This document shows positions 49,301 to 59,033 of a stretch of DNA of 64,000 bases, in pieces. Both the position numbers and the translations under genes were made by a program. The notes under the pieces were generated by a model. It made no database searches. It worked only from the letters and a program-made list of their open reading frames with translations, and was not told where the DNA came from. Positions within the stretch are counted from its first letter, which is position 1. Each line of letters starts with the position of its first letter. The stretch comes from Candidatus Hydrogenedens sp. (GTDB lineage Bacteria > Hydrogenedentota > Hydrogenedentia > Hydrogenedentales > Hydrogenedentaceae), in assembly GCA_049968235.1 (NCBI GenBank), contig JBMFRC010000006.1:32001-96000 (forward strand), given 5' to 3'.

Positions 49301-49698
49301 TGAGAATTGTGGATTCCGAGACAGGTAGTAGAGGTTATCTTGAATCATGGAAATTGTTATTCAATACATATGCCTGTTCTGAAGAAGGAAATCCTGAAGA
49401 AGGTGAAATTGTAATGTATCATTCAGCAGATACCGATAAGAATCATTCTTTTTCCCTTGTTGAAGTGTTGCGGGTAATACAAATCTTCAATTTTGGTAGT
49501 TATCACTGTGATATTAATGGAGAGGATGGATATGGATTGGGTATAGGAGATCAGAATTGCAATCGCCATAGTTCTGATTATACAGGACCCTATTGGTCCA
49601 TTACTTTCCCCGAACTTTTGCGTTTAATACAGTTATTTAATATAGGTGGGTATGTATCCTGTTCAGATACAGAAGACGGTTTTTGTCCTATTCAATAG
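46315..49698 (+). CDS. Large secreted protein (1127 aa): DUF-like N-terminal domain, about 7 SBBP beta-propeller repeats, two (xxEG)n linkers flanking an Ig-like domain, a proprotein-convertase P-domain, and two C-terminal ~47-aa repeats
   Basis: Signal peptide. Repeated 'GG.g.D.a.aI..D..GNIYvtG.T.S.dFP.t.ga.q..ygGg.DaF' units characteristic of SBBP (PF06739). The P-domain-like segment NDLIVNISLTHDNLQQILIQIVSPYGTEV...GTWMLRIVDSETGSRGYLESWKLLF. A C-terminal repeat module homologous to the N-terminus of the upstream gene. Confidence 0.75.
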   Translation: MQNFRLIFIFLSGVFLFHTSSSGHNIGISSLYFEPNHNRFVSDVFYFSIGNTVSVACYQNALVFFTYNSQEYYRVVFPKGKPKEITGNIPLPSYSTYFYGTNSTPAIAVHYKAVIYKEIFPGIDLYLYEKGGNFKFDFIVHPDSKPDAISINFETLDIHKQKWISKNPEIDENIIRIVHDNVKLDFYAPCAFQWINGISHKIPIRLSYDNGVKFYIPESSYNPNYPLLIDPTLLAGTYLGGNNTDKIIDVKTDTAGSIYLVGETKSLNFPTSAGSLQTNYSGGDITGDIFIAKLNPLANYPLFSTFLGGSGDDSATAIRIDEQRNIYITGITSSSDFPTTTNAYQTTKAGGRDAFITKINSDATELIYSSYIGGSGDESIMDFTFLPDNNIVLTGWTQSSDFPITGSSSLNSMFSGGGLDGFLFKCNSSFQPIWSGFIGTAGIDVCKTIVNFGGDIILSGYTSSMNFPTTQGVFQISYGGGNYDSFIMKLSGNNASTISSSYFGGSLIDLCQALICDSYGNIYITGETSSTNFPVSITSFQIGYGGGERDAFVSKLSPNLDQIIFSTYLGGSKTESGLGIELDTLSRVYVVGYTYSGDFPVIPGTLQPLYGGNQDAFFACLNPNGNTLQYSTFYGGKGEEKARSVYISNSNVMYTVGETASNLLPITSGTFQTSFGGGTLDGFLACIDVSPPTNEGEGQIEGNIEGTPEGSLEGEGLRVWTIAPVERVVTEGATTTFIIGVSGYVGTVNYQWQFKSIIGEEYIPIFNSNSPMLTLRNIQFSSSGYYRCRVSDSLGTVFSSPFKLTVLQSLEGSTEGLLEGNIEGIIEGSAEGTTEGLLEGVEEGILEGISEGSNEGILLEGEGIIEEGLMEGEGAYYPCGFEINGNETHSLLKDKAQNLYYIYVPNEGTLNDLIVNISLTHDNLQQILIQIVSPYGTEVFLLIYPAQGGTSLQNTNFDDNAEISISDGVSPFTGSYKPVGYLGVLRGENLQGTWMLRIVDSETGSRGYLESWKLLFNTYACSEEGNPEEGEIVMYHSADTDKNHSFSLVEVLRVIQIFNFGSYHCDINGEDGYGLGIGDQNCNRHSSDYTGPYWSITFPELLRLIQLFNIGGYVSCSDTEDGFCPIQ

Positions 49699-49701
49699 CA
49701 A

Positions 49702-50556
49702 TTAGGATATTTCTGAAAAACCTATCTCTAACAAATTCGTAGCCACACGAAAACGCTCTGATGATTTTTCTGCCCCTAAAACTACAGCTATAACCCGTGA
49801 TTTATTTCTTCGTGCTGTTGCTACGATGCAGTGACCTGCCAATTTCGTATACCCTGTTTTTAGTCCATCACAACCTACAAAAGTGGTGAGTAAATCATTT
49901 GTATTACTCCTTTCTATATTCTCATCCTGTATAATAAATTTCTTTTTAGATGTCCATGAAAGTAATACAGGCAACTTACAACATTCTAAAGCAAGATTAG
50001 CAAGGTCTTTTGCTGTTGTCCTATCTAAATCCCCTCCACTTTTAATGGGATACCCATTTACAGTAAAGTATTTCGTATTTTTCATCTCTAACTTTTTTGC
50101 CATCGAATTCATATCTTCTATACATTTACTTTCTGAACCCCATAAATATTCAGCAACTGTTACTGCGGATGTATTCGATGAGATAATAGCGATTGCATCC
50201 ATTAAATAACCTAATTTATATCTTTTGTCTGTTGAGAATATAATATCCGAATTGTTTTTGGGGAATATGGTTCTCTTTGGAACAACTTCATCTTCTAATT
50301 TTACTTCTTTCTTTATAATTTTTAATGCAACCAGATACATAAGCATCAATTTAACTAAACTTGCTGGAGGACAAATTGCATTTGCATCATCTTCAATTAT
50401 TATCTTCCTATTGTACGCATCAACACATATTTTTTTGATAGTTCTGTTAGGTTTTACTATTGGCGTAAATTTTGTTTTTCTTTTTGTTGCAACTGCAAAT
50501 AATAAGGATTGAAAAACGAAACTTCTCCGGTTAATTTTATTATTTTCTGCATGCAT
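49702..50556 (-). CDS. dacA: D-alanyl-D-alanine carboxypeptidase (peptidase S11, PBP5/DacA family)
   Basis: The three class-A low-MW PBP motifs: PASLVKLM (SxxK), ISSNTSA (SxN) and LKTGYT (KTG). Confidence 0.85.
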   Translation of the reverse strand: MHAENNKINRRSFVFQSLLFAVATKRKTKFTPIVKPNRTIKKICVDAYNRKIIIEDDANAICPPASLVKLMLMYLVALKIIKKEVKLEDEVVPKRTIFPKNNSDIIFSTDKRYKLGYLMDAIAIISSNTSAVTVAEYLWGSESKCIEDMNSMAKKLEMKNTKYFTVNGYPIKSGGDLDRTTAKDLANLALECCKLPVLLSWTSKKKFIIQDENIERSNTNDLLTTFVGCDGLKTGYTKLAGHCIVATARRNKSRVIAVVLGAEKSSERFRVATNLLEIGFSEIS

Positions 50557-50574
50557 GTATTCTATCTCTCTAAT

Positions 50575-53331
50575 TTAATATTGCATTATTTTCTTTTGGA
50601 GATGTAAAATATTCATTAAATCATCAAAAAGGAAAGGTTTTTTTATTATATCAACATCAGGACCTATTTCGCCTATTGTATCTTTTAATTGATTGTTTGA
50701 GATTAAAAATATTTTATTCTTTCCCTCCCCCAACTTCTCTAATTTCTCGAAATCTTCTTCCTCCATATAATCAGCATCTATTACAATATTTATTGGCGAG
50801 AATCTCAATATTGAAGAAAGAACATTCTCAAAACTATCTGTAATTAAACATGGAATTTTATAGTGATTCATCATTAAGCCTAAAAACTCACGAAAAGTGC
50901 TTTCAGGCTCAAAGATTATAACAACTTTTTCCATGTCTTTATCTTTTCTATCACTATCTATTATCTTCTTAACCTCCCCCCCCTGTTTGACATTATCAAT
51001 TAATCTTAACAGGTAATCCGCAGGGAAAGGCTTTTTAATAAATAGAATATTTTCCGAATAATTTTTTAAATAGGATTTTGATATATTGATATTTTCATCA
51101 ATTATTAACAGTATAGTTGCAGTATCGGTTAAATGATGTTCTTCTATTATACTTAGCAAGGAGAGAATATTTTCAAACTCTTTTTCATAAGTATTTATAA
51201 GAAGGATTTCAGGTTCCAAATCATTTACAAATCGAATTGATTCGTATATATTCTTTGCCCATAGAATATCCCCTTTATCCTTTCCGAGTATTTTCTGAAA
51301 GATATCAAATAATACGGTTTCATTATCGACGATTAGAATCTTTTCTATATTACTTTTTTGTTCTATCTTCTTTTTTTCTCCATCATAAAATATACAATTA
51401 GGCAAAATTACTGTAAATTTACTACCTTCTCCAAGCACACTTTCAACAGTAATTTTTCCATTATGACTCTCAACAATACCCTTTGCAATAGCCAGCCCAA
51501 TACCTGTCCCTTCATATTTTCTTGTAGGAGAACTATCTACCTGGAAAAATTTCTCGAATATTTTTTCTTTATATTCCGGTGGAATTCCGATACCTGTATC
51601 TGCAACTGAGAGTTCCAAAAAGCCTTCATTATCTATAGATATATCTATTTCTATTCTCCCTCCTGTATTAGTAAATTTAACGGCGTTATTAAGTAATATG
51701 CCTAACACTTGACTGATTTTCTCTTTATCTGCCCATATATATATGTTCTCATTTTCATATTTTTCAATAAGATTTATTTGTTTGGCAAGAATTTTAGGGT
51801 TATTAAAAGATGTATTTTCTTTTACCAGTTCTTTTACAGAAAATAGTTTTTTCTTTATTTGTAATCCTTTTATTTCTATTCTGCTAAACTCTATCATCTC
51901 ATTCACCATACGTAATAATCGTTCTACATTTCTTAGCATAACTTCCATAGCATTTTTTTGCTGTTCTGTCAGGGTACCCAATGTGTTTGATAAAAACATT
52001 TCTATATAGCCTTGTATTGTGCTTATGGGGGTTCTTAATTCATGACTTACATTGGATAAAAAGGCATCTTTATTTTTTCCATACTGTCTCAATTCCTCAT
52101 TAAGTTTCTCTAATTGAATTGTTCTTTCTTCCAGTTCATTCTGCATTTTCTTCTGCTGGCTTAAATCGGAAATTACCAGTGAATATCGTATCTCTTTCAA
52201 GTCTTCATTAGGTATAACAGAAACAGAAACGAGGGTAGGAACCTCTTTTTCATCGGACCTTATAAACATGATTTCCCGCCGTTTTTCTATATCTACCATT
52301 TCTAATAAGGGAAGCAATCGTATTACCTCAGCACTTTCTAAAAATTCGTAAATATAATGTCCCAGAACTTGTTCTTCTTCTCTACCTATCATCTTACAAA
52401 AACATTCATTCACCATTACGATTTTATGTTGTATGTCTATAAGCAGAAACCCTTCGTTCATGGTCATGATTAATTTTTTTAGATTTTCTTCTGACTCACG
52501 CAATTTTCTTGTCTGTTCTTCAACTTTTGTTTTTAACTCGTCGGCATGTTTCTGCACCTTCGCAGAGAGGACTTTAAGTTCAGTAATATCTTTTACAGTT
52601 GCAAGAGTTGCTTTATGTTTCCCTTTTTTATCAAATATAGGTGTTCCATGGATCCATAAGTATTTTTTTTGATTGTTTACTTCCAATTCGACCTCATATT
52701 CGCCGCTAATTCCATAACTTCGTGTTAGCCAGTTTTGTTCCACTGCACTTATATTATAAAGACGCACCATATTTGCTACAGTGGAACCTATGATTTCATT
52801 CTTTGTAATGGCTATAAATCTACAAAATTGTTCATTTACATCAACAATGATACCATCTGGATTTGTTAAAACATAACCTTCTGAAATATGGTCGGCGAGG
52901 GTCTTAAATCGCTCCGCTAACTCATCAATATTCTCTTCACGCCGAATAAGAATAATCACAAAGGATAAAATACCTAAAAGGAAACTCCCTAACCCTATGA
53001 GTTCAGAAAATCGGCGTATCTCATCAGGTAAATTGTCATACCAATAGGGATTTAAGGATGTTTTGGATATTATCCAAATACCTGAAGTAAATAGAAGTAT
53101 AATGCCACCTATAAGTATGGATTTTTCTCTTCTTGAAAACTTATATTTATTCAACATCGTAATCGTTATAAAAGAGGGTAAAGCAATAGAAAGTAAAGCG
53201 GTAATAAATCTTGTATTTGATGTATTCATTATTTCCTGAGAAATAAACAATCCCCCAAAACCAAAGATAAAAGGTATAAATAGGGAAATAATTTTTCCCT
53301 GAGATTTACTTAATTTCAAAAATTCCTTCAT
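50575..53331 (-). CDS. Large sensor histidine kinase (N-terminal TM region, PAS domains, HisKA, HATPase_c, two C-terminal degenerate receiver-like domains)
   Basis: H-box LSNVSHELRTPIST. ATPase motifs VADTGIGIPPEY and GTGIGLAIAKGIVESHNG. Two C-terminal ~120-aa CheY-like segments (KILIVDNE..., VVIIFEPE...) lack the canonical acidic pocket. Confidence 0.8.
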   Translation of the reverse strand: MKEFLKLSKSQGKIISLFIPFIFGFGGLFISQEIMNTSNTRFITALLSIALPSFITITMLNKYKFSRREKSILIGGIILLFTSGIWIISKTSLNPYWYDNLPDEIRRFSELIGLGSFLLGILSFVIILIRREENIDELAERFKTLADHISEGYVLTNPDGIIVDVNEQFCRFIAITKNEIIGSTVANMVRLYNISAVEQNWLTRSYGISGEYEVELEVNNQKKYLWIHGTPIFDKKGKHKATLATVKDITELKVLSAKVQKHADELKTKVEEQTRKLRESEENLKKLIMTMNEGFLLIDIQHKIVMVNECFCKMIGREEEQVLGHYIYEFLESAEVIRLLPLLEMVDIEKRREIMFIRSDEKEVPTLVSVSVIPNEDLKEIRYSLVISDLSQQKKMQNELEERTIQLEKLNEELRQYGKNKDAFLSNVSHELRTPISTIQGYIEMFLSNTLGTLTEQQKNAMEVMLRNVERLLRMVNEMIEFSRIEIKGLQIKKKLFSVKELVKENTSFNNPKILAKQINLIEKYENENIYIWADKEKISQVLGILLNNAVKFTNTGGRIEIDISIDNEGFLELSVADTGIGIPPEYKEKIFEKFFQVDSSPTRKYEGTGIGLAIAKGIVESHNGKITVESVLGEGSKFTVILPNCIFYDGEKKKIEQKSNIEKILIVDNETVLFDIFQKILGKDKGDILWAKNIYESIRFVNDLEPEILLINTYEKEFENILSLLSIIEEHHLTDTATILLIIDENINISKSYLKNYSENILFIKKPFPADYLLRLIDNVKQGGEVKKIIDSDRKDKDMEKVVIIFEPESTFREFLGLMMNHYKIPCLITDSFENVLSSILRFSPINIVIDADYMEEEDFEKLEKLGEGKNKIFLISNNQLKDTIGEIGPDVDIIKKPFLFDDLMNILHLQKKIMQY

Positions 53332-53807
53332 TTTGTATCCTCGACTAATTTCATTTTATCTCTTATGGTATCTTTTACCAGTTTGTCGCACCGTTCATTT
53401 TGGGAATGCTGATTATGTCCTTTTATCCACTCCCAGGTAACATCATGCTTTTCAACTAATTGAATCAACTCATTCCATAAATCAATATTTTTGACTGTTC
53501 CGGATTTTGTTTTCCATCCTTTCTTTACCCAACTTTTTAACCATTCTGACATCCCCTTTTTTAAATACTCCGAATCCGTATAAATAATAACTTTACATTT
53601 CTTTTTTAATGCTTTTAATCCTTCTATTGCCGCTTTTAATTCCATACGATTATTTGTTGTGTCTTCTTCATATCCGGTTAATATCTTTTCTTTATCTCCA
53701 TAAGTTAATATAACTGCCCATGCACCTTTTCCCGGATTGGGAATACATCCACCATCGGTATATATTTTTACTAAAGGAATGTCTGTTTTATTTTCTACCT
53801 CATCCAT
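53328..53807 (-). CDS. rnhA: Ribonuclease HI
   Basis: IYTDGGC...GAWAVIL, NNRMEL and TDSEYL: the catalytic DEDD residues of RNase HI. Overlaps the kinase start by 4 nt (ATGA). Confidence 0.9.
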   Translation of the reverse strand: MDEVENKTDIPLVKIYTDGGCIPNPGKGAWAVILTYGDKEKILTGYEEDTTNNRMELKAAIEGLKALKKKCKVIIYTDSEYLKKGMSEWLKSWVKKGWKTKSGTVKNIDLWNELIQLVEKHDVTWEWIKGHNQHSQNERCDKLVKDTIRDKMKLVEDTK

Positions 53808-53808
53808 A

Positions 53809-54342
53809 TTAATTTCCTGCTATTTCTTCTATCCACCTATTATTCCGATGTTTTTTAGCCAATTCTTTTGGTGTCATACCTTCGTTATTTCGTTCTTCCA
53901 TCGGAATTCCAATTGTTTTTAAGTATTTTCCGACATTGACTGTTCCAAAAATAGCCGATGTATGTAAAGGAGAATCTCCGAAATTGTCTTTTATCTGAGT
54001 ATCACTTCCATGCGTAATCAACCAGCGAGCAGGCCCCTTTAAATCCCACATAGCACATACATGTAAAGGGGTCATACCGGTAATATCCTTTTCATCAAGT
54101 TTTGCTCCATATATATACAATAGGTCTAATATATCTTTACTTCCGCTACACACAGCATAATGTAACATTGTTTTGCCTAAATAATCTTTGCTATTAATAA
54201 TTGCGGGATTTTTCAACAACTGTTTTTCTAAATTGACCACATCCCCTTTTGCAGCGAGGTCAAAACATGATGGATTACAGCCTGTTATAATTAAAGGGAG
54301 TAGATATATAAAATTCTTTATTTTTCTATATAATTTCACCAT
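53809..54342 (-). CDS. Ankyrin-repeat lipoprotein
   Basis: Lipobox LITGC. At least three ankyrin repeats (G.TPLH..A..G). Confidence 0.75.
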   Translation of the reverse strand: MVKLYRKIKNFIYLLPLIITGCNPSCFDLAAKGDVVNLEKQLLKNPAIINSKDYLGKTMLHYAVCSGSKDILDLLYIYGAKLDEKDITGMTPLHVCAMWDLKGPARWLITHGSDTQIKDNFGDSPLHTSAIFGTVNVGKYLKTIGIPMEERNNEGMTPKELAKKHRNNRWIEEIAGN

Positions 54343-54416
54343 CTTTTATATATTTTAATCTCTATTTGTATATTATAATACTATTATAAATAATCGGTCA
54401 TGATAAGGAATAATCC

Positions 54417-55241
54417 ATGTCCAAAAGGTACCCCGCAGTAAGTGGACAATTTTATCCCAATAATCCATCAACGCTATTAGCACAGGTAAGTATTTATATT
54501 GAACAATCCGGTGTATCTCCATCTCCAGACCGTGTATTATCAATTATTGCACCTCATGCTGGGTATATGTATTCGGGACTAACCGCAGGTTTTGCATTTG
54601 CAAGAATTCGGGGACAAAAAATAAGTCGAATAATTTTAGTGGGTAGGTCTCACCGTTATACTTTTGACGGTCTGGCTCTTTGTGAATACGAATCTTTTTT
54701 AACTCCTGTAGGAGAATTCCCTATTGATACTACATTTAATCTTTCCCTTATGAAGCACCTCCCTTGTTGTGTAAATAGTGCACATATTTATGAGCATTGC
54801 CTTGAAGTTATGTTGCCTTTCCTCTATGGAAGTATTGGCACTATTCCAATCGTTCCTATTTTACTTGGTAAAGAACCTTCTCAGAGACATTTAGAATATG
54901 GGAAAATAATTGCTTCTTTATCTCAAAACGGAGACTTAGTCATAGCATCTACAGATTTATCTCACTATCTACCTGAAAAAGAGGCAAATCAGATAGATAC
55001 AAATACAATTCATGCTATTTTAGATAAGGATGTAGAAAAAATTATTCAGGGGATAGAAATGGGAACATGTTCGATGTGTGGTGCATCCGCTGTCATTTTA
55101 GCAATGGGTTTTTCTTCTTTTTTTGGCAATTATGATGTTCATTTATTAAACTATACAACCAGTGGAAAAACTTCTGGTGATTATAGTTCCGTTGTTGGTT
55201 ATGCTTCTTTAAGTTTTGAACTAAAAGAAGTAAACATGTAA
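54417..55241 (+). CDS. Memo1/AmmeMemoRadiSam system protein B family
   Basis: The N-terminal RYPAVSGQFYP motif and His-rich dioxygenase-like metal site typical of Memo-like proteins. Confidence 0.75.
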   Translation: MSKRYPAVSGQFYPNNPSTLLAQVSIYIEQSGVSPSPDRVLSIIAPHAGYMYSGLTAGFAFARIRGQKISRIILVGRSHRYTFDGLALCEYESFLTPVGEFPIDTTFNLSLMKHLPCCVNSAHIYEHCLEVMLPFLYGSIGTIPIVPILLGKEPSQRHLEYGKIIASLSQNGDLVIASTDLSHYLPEKEANQIDTNTIHAILDKDVEKIIQGIEMGTCSMCGASAVILAMGFSSFFGNYDVHLLNYTTSGKTSGDYSSVVGYASLSFELKEVNM

Positions 55242-55293
55242 AATAAGATATCTTTCAAAATCTGGCAACGCATCGAAAAACAGGATTTTTCAA

Positions 55294-56397
55294 ATGGCAG
55301 GTATTCTTATTCAAGATATTTGTAGTATTTTAGAAGAATGGGCACCTAAAGAATTAGCATACCCTGAAGATTCTGTAGGTTTGGTTTTAGGATCAAATGA
55401 TTGGAATACCAGTAATGTTATTGTCTGTCTAACAATTACAGACCCGATTGTTCAAGAGGCTATACAAAAGAAAGTAAAACTGATTATTTCCCATCATCCT
55501 TTATTCTATCAGCCACTACGAAAAATAGTCCACGGGAATCCTTATCAAAAAAGGATAGCCAAATTAATAACGAATGAGATTGCATGTTATACATGTCATA
55601 CCAATCTGGATGTCGCAGAAAAGGGATTAAATTACATATTAGCAAAAAAATTAGACCTTTCTAATATCTCCGGATTGCTTCCTATTGAACATGTTAAACT
55701 ATATAAATTAGTTACATTTGTTCCCAAAAACCATCTTGAAAAAGTTAGAAGTGCGGTATGTGATAGTGGTGCAGGAATTATTGGTGAATACGCATATTGC
55801 TCTTTCAGCACATCTGGAACGGGAACTTTTCTGCCTTCAGAAAAAGCGAATCCTTTTCTCGGTAAAGTAGGAAAAATGAATGAAGAAAAGGAGGAACGAT
55901 TTGAAGTTATCGTTTCCTCTGAGGTTCTGGATAGAACAATTGATGCATTACTATCCGCACATCCTTATGAAGAAGTTGCTTACGATGTTTATCCTTTACA
56001 CAATAAGAACTGTAAAATTTCATTAGGAGTAAAAGGGACATTAGATAAATCGGTATCTCTTGATACCTTCTCTAATATGGTAAAAGAAAAATTAAATCTT
56101 CCTTCAATAAGGATAGTTGGAAACCCAGATAAAAAAGTGAAAAACATTGCTGTCCTTGGAGGTAATGGTGGTGGAGAAATAATAAACATCCCCGATAACA
56201 TAGATGTCTTAATTACTGGAGATGTCAAATATCATCAGGCATTGGAAGCGGAAGACCGTGGATTGGCGGTAATCGATGCAGGACATTTTGGAACAGAATA
56301 TCCTATTGTTGAAGGAATTGCTAATTATCTAAATCGAAAACTGCCTCTACTTGAGATAATTATTCCCATAGAAAAAGAACCTTTCTGGTATAAATAA
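55294..56397 (+). CDS. Nif3-family dinuclear metal center protein (YqfO/YbgI-like, long form with inserted PII-like domain)
   Basis: The N- and C-terminal NIF3 halves (ISHHPLFY... and GDVKYHQALEA...GHFGTE). Length 367 aa, consistent with an inserted domain. Confidence 0.8.
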   Translation: MAGILIQDICSILEEWAPKELAYPEDSVGLVLGSNDWNTSNVIVCLTITDPIVQEAIQKKVKLIISHHPLFYQPLRKIVHGNPYQKRIAKLITNEIACYTCHTNLDVAEKGLNYILAKKLDLSNISGLLPIEHVKLYKLVTFVPKNHLEKVRSAVCDSGAGIIGEYAYCSFSTSGTGTFLPSEKANPFLGKVGKMNEEKEERFEVIVSSEVLDRTIDALLSAHPYEEVAYDVYPLHNKNCKISLGVKGTLDKSVSLDTFSNMVKEKLNLPSIRIVGNPDKKVKNIAVLGGNGGGEIINIPDNIDVLITGDVKYHQALEAEDRGLAVIDAGHFGTEYPIVEGIANYLNRKLPLLEIIIPIEKEPFWYK

Positions 56398-56413
56398 AAA
56401 GAGAGGATTAAAG

Positions 56414-57859
56414 ATGCGAATATTGTATTTAACTTCTGAACTGGCTCCTTTAATATCAACTGGAGGACTAGCAGAAGTTGCTTATGCTTTACCTAAATCG
56501 CTTAAGAAAAATAATATAGATATTCGTGTTGGATTACCTAAATACAAGCATTTAAAAATTTCGGAAAATTGTGTTTCATCTTTACCCTGTTTATTGGATA
56601 GTTCAAAAAATGCCTATCAGTCCATACTTTGGGAAACTATTGTTCCCCAAACAGATATTCCTTTATATTTGATTGAACATGAGGAACTTTTTGGAAGAGA
56701 CTATGTATATGGTTCAGGAGATTGGGAATATGAGGATAATCCACGTAGGTTTTCTTTCTTCTGTAAAGCCATACTTGATGCTATAGAACGAATCCAATGG
56801 AAACCGGATATTATTCATTGTAATGACTGGGCAACATCTGCCATTTTACCTTTTTTATTAATCCAACATGAACATAACTTCTTCTGGCATAATACATATA
56901 CTTTACTCACAATCCATAATCTCGCTTTTCAGGGTAGATATCCAGGCTCTCGTTATCCCTCTACAGGTTTACCCATTGAATTTTTTAATTCCAATTGTTT
57001 TGAATATCATGGTGATATGAATTTACTTAAAGGAGGAATTCTTCTTGCAGATAAAATAAATACAGTAAGCCCAACTTATGCCATTGAGATACAAACATTA
57101 GAGTATGGTTTTGGATTAGACAATGTATTAAGGTTCCGTTCCAATGACCTTTCTGGCATTCTTAATGGGGTTGATTACTCCATATGGAGTTCACATAATG
57201 ATAGAAATATAGAAGTCAATTATGATTGTGATTCGATAGCAAATAAAGAAATCTGTAAATCATCTTTACGAAAGAAAATTAATTTCCCTGAACAAAATGT
57301 CCCTTTAATCGGAATTACCAGTCGTCTTTATTGGCAGAAGGGTATAGATATACTCATCCAATCTTTGCCTGAGTTGATAAAACTTGACTTACAAATGGTT
57401 ATCCTTGGCACAGGAGACCCTAAATATGAAACACAACTTAAAGAAATTGCTTCCTGCTATCCGGATAAAATAAGAACCATAATTAGTTATGATACCGAAC
57501 TATCACATCAAATTATAGCGGGTAGTGATTTTATTCTTATGCCTTCTCGATACGAACCATGTGGATTAACGCAATTATATGCCTTCGCATACGGAACTAT
57601 TCCCATTGTTCGGAAGGTAGGTGGGTTAGCGGATTCTGTAACGAACATAACACCTGAAAATATTCGAAAAAAACGTGCAACAGGGATAACTTTTAGACCT
57701 CTGACTTCTAAAAGTATTATTAGAAGCATAAGAAATGCAATTGATTTATTTCATAATAAAGATATATTTTATGATATAAGAATCAATGCTATGAAACAAG
57801 ATTTTTCATGGGATAAACAAGCAAAATTATATATAAAATTGTATGAAAGCCTCTTGTGA
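56414..57859 (+). CDS. glgA: Glycogen/starch synthase (ADP-glucose type, GT5)
   Basis: The MRILYLTSELAPLISTGGLAEV N-terminal KTGGL motif and the GT-B C-terminal domain. Length 481 aa. Confidence 0.85.
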   Translation: MRILYLTSELAPLISTGGLAEVAYALPKSLKKNNIDIRVGLPKYKHLKISENCVSSLPCLLDSSKNAYQSILWETIVPQTDIPLYLIEHEELFGRDYVYGSGDWEYEDNPRRFSFFCKAILDAIERIQWKPDIIHCNDWATSAILPFLLIQHEHNFFWHNTYTLLTIHNLAFQGRYPGSRYPSTGLPIEFFNSNCFEYHGDMNLLKGGILLADKINTVSPTYAIEIQTLEYGFGLDNVLRFRSNDLSGILNGVDYSIWSSHNDRNIEVNYDCDSIANKEICKSSLRKKINFPEQNVPLIGITSRLYWQKGIDILIQSLPELIKLDLQMVILGTGDPKYETQLKEIASCYPDKIRTIISYDTELSHQIIAGSDFILMPSRYEPCGLTQLYAFAYGTIPIVRKVGGLADSVTNITPENIRKKRATGITFRPLTSKSIIRSIRNAIDLFHNKDIFYDIRINAMKQDFSWDKQAKLYIKLYESLL

Positions 57860-58352
57860 TAATAATAGTTCCGATGCCCTGTTAATCCTACAAACCTCTT
57901 CTCCAGCACAAACAGAGGAATTGGGGCGTATTTTCGGAAAATGCCTGCAACCGGATGCCAAAGTAGCACTTATTGGAGATTTAGCAACAGGAAAAACTTG
58001 CTTCGTTAAGGGAATCGTAAAAGAAATATGTGGAGATTGCTGGGTACATAGTCCAACTTTTACAATAATTAATCAATACGGAAATCCTCCCCAGGTTCTT
58101 CACCTTGATTGTTATCGGATTCAGGATGAAAGGGAAATCATTGATATTGGTTCTGAAGAATGGTTAAGTGATAATGTAATCTGTCTGATAGAATGGGCAG
58201 ATAGGATTATAAGTATTATTCCCTCCAATACTACCTTTCTGTATTTTTACCATATAGAAAATGATAAACGAAGAATTGAAATATTCAACTTAAATTCCAA
58301 TGTTTTTAATACACTGACGGAGAAATTACCCGGTCATTTCTTAAAAACATAG
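57843..58352 (+). CDS. tsaE: tRNA threonylcarbamoyladenosine biosynthesis ATPase TsaE (YjeE)
   Basis: P-loop GDLATGKT and the SPTFTIINQY motif. Overlaps the glgA end by 17 nt. Confidence 0.8.
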   Translation: MKASCDNNSSDALLILQTSSPAQTEELGRIFGKCLQPDAKVALIGDLATGKTCFVKGIVKEICGDCWVHSPTFTIINQYGNPPQVLHLDCYRIQDEREIIDIGSEEWLSDNVICLIEWADRIISIIPSNTTFLYFYHIENDKRRIEIFNLNSNVFNTLTEKLPGHFLKT

Positions 58353-58361
58353 AGTACTATT

Positions 58362-59033
58362 TCATTTAGTTTTTTGTTCTTTCTGAAGAGGTTGTACAGA
58401 AAGTTTTACGGGAATAGAGGCTCCTGAAGATACGATAATTTCGATAGCCTGTTCCATCGTAATGGGACATTTATATATTTTTTCAGCAGGGTAAAATTGT
58501 AATATTCCCACACTTATATTAGGAGTAGTAGGGATAAAAACCCGATAGTATTCTTTTTTATTAGGAAGTTTAATTTTTCCTAACAAAAGTCCCATTGTAT
58601 AAATTTTATCATGTGTGAAGGGGACAATTACGATATAACGCGTGTGATTGGATGAAAACTGTTCTATAAAACTTACTGTCATCTGTTTTGCAGAATTGTA
58701 TATGGTTTTAACTATAGGAATTTTTTTGATAATTTTTTCAAAAAGAGATAAAATCTGGCGGATTAGGAAGAAACTTGATAAAAGCCCAACCAGATAGACA
58801 AAGATAACAATTAATATAACGGATATAGGAGCAATTAAATAATTCGGATATTCTGGAAACCATTGGGTCACATAAGGTGTTATACGTCCTACTGTAAAGT
58901 AATAGATAAATCTCAAAATCAAAAATGTTAATCCTAAAGGGACAACTGTCAATATACCTGCAAAGAAATATCTTCTTACTCTTCCCCAGATTTTAGACAT
59001 TTTCTTTTCCGTATTTTTCTTTTCAATCTGCAT
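58362..59033 (-). CDS. DUF502 family membrane protein, paralog 1
   Basis: Two N-terminal TM helices with the conserved P.G.T motif (VVPLGLTF), then a soluble beta-rich domain. Confidence 0.55.
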   Translation of the reverse strand: MQIEKKNTEKKMSKIWGRVRRYFFAGILTVVPLGLTFLILRFIYYFTVGRITPYVTQWFPEYPNYLIAPISVILIVIFVYLVGLLSSFFLIRQILSLFEKIIKKIPIVKTIYNSAKQMTVSFIEQFSSNHTRYIVIVPFTHDKIYTMGLLLGKIKLPNKKEYYRVFIPTTPNISVGILQFYPAEKIYKCPITMEQAIEIIVSSGASIPVKLSVQPLQKEQKTK

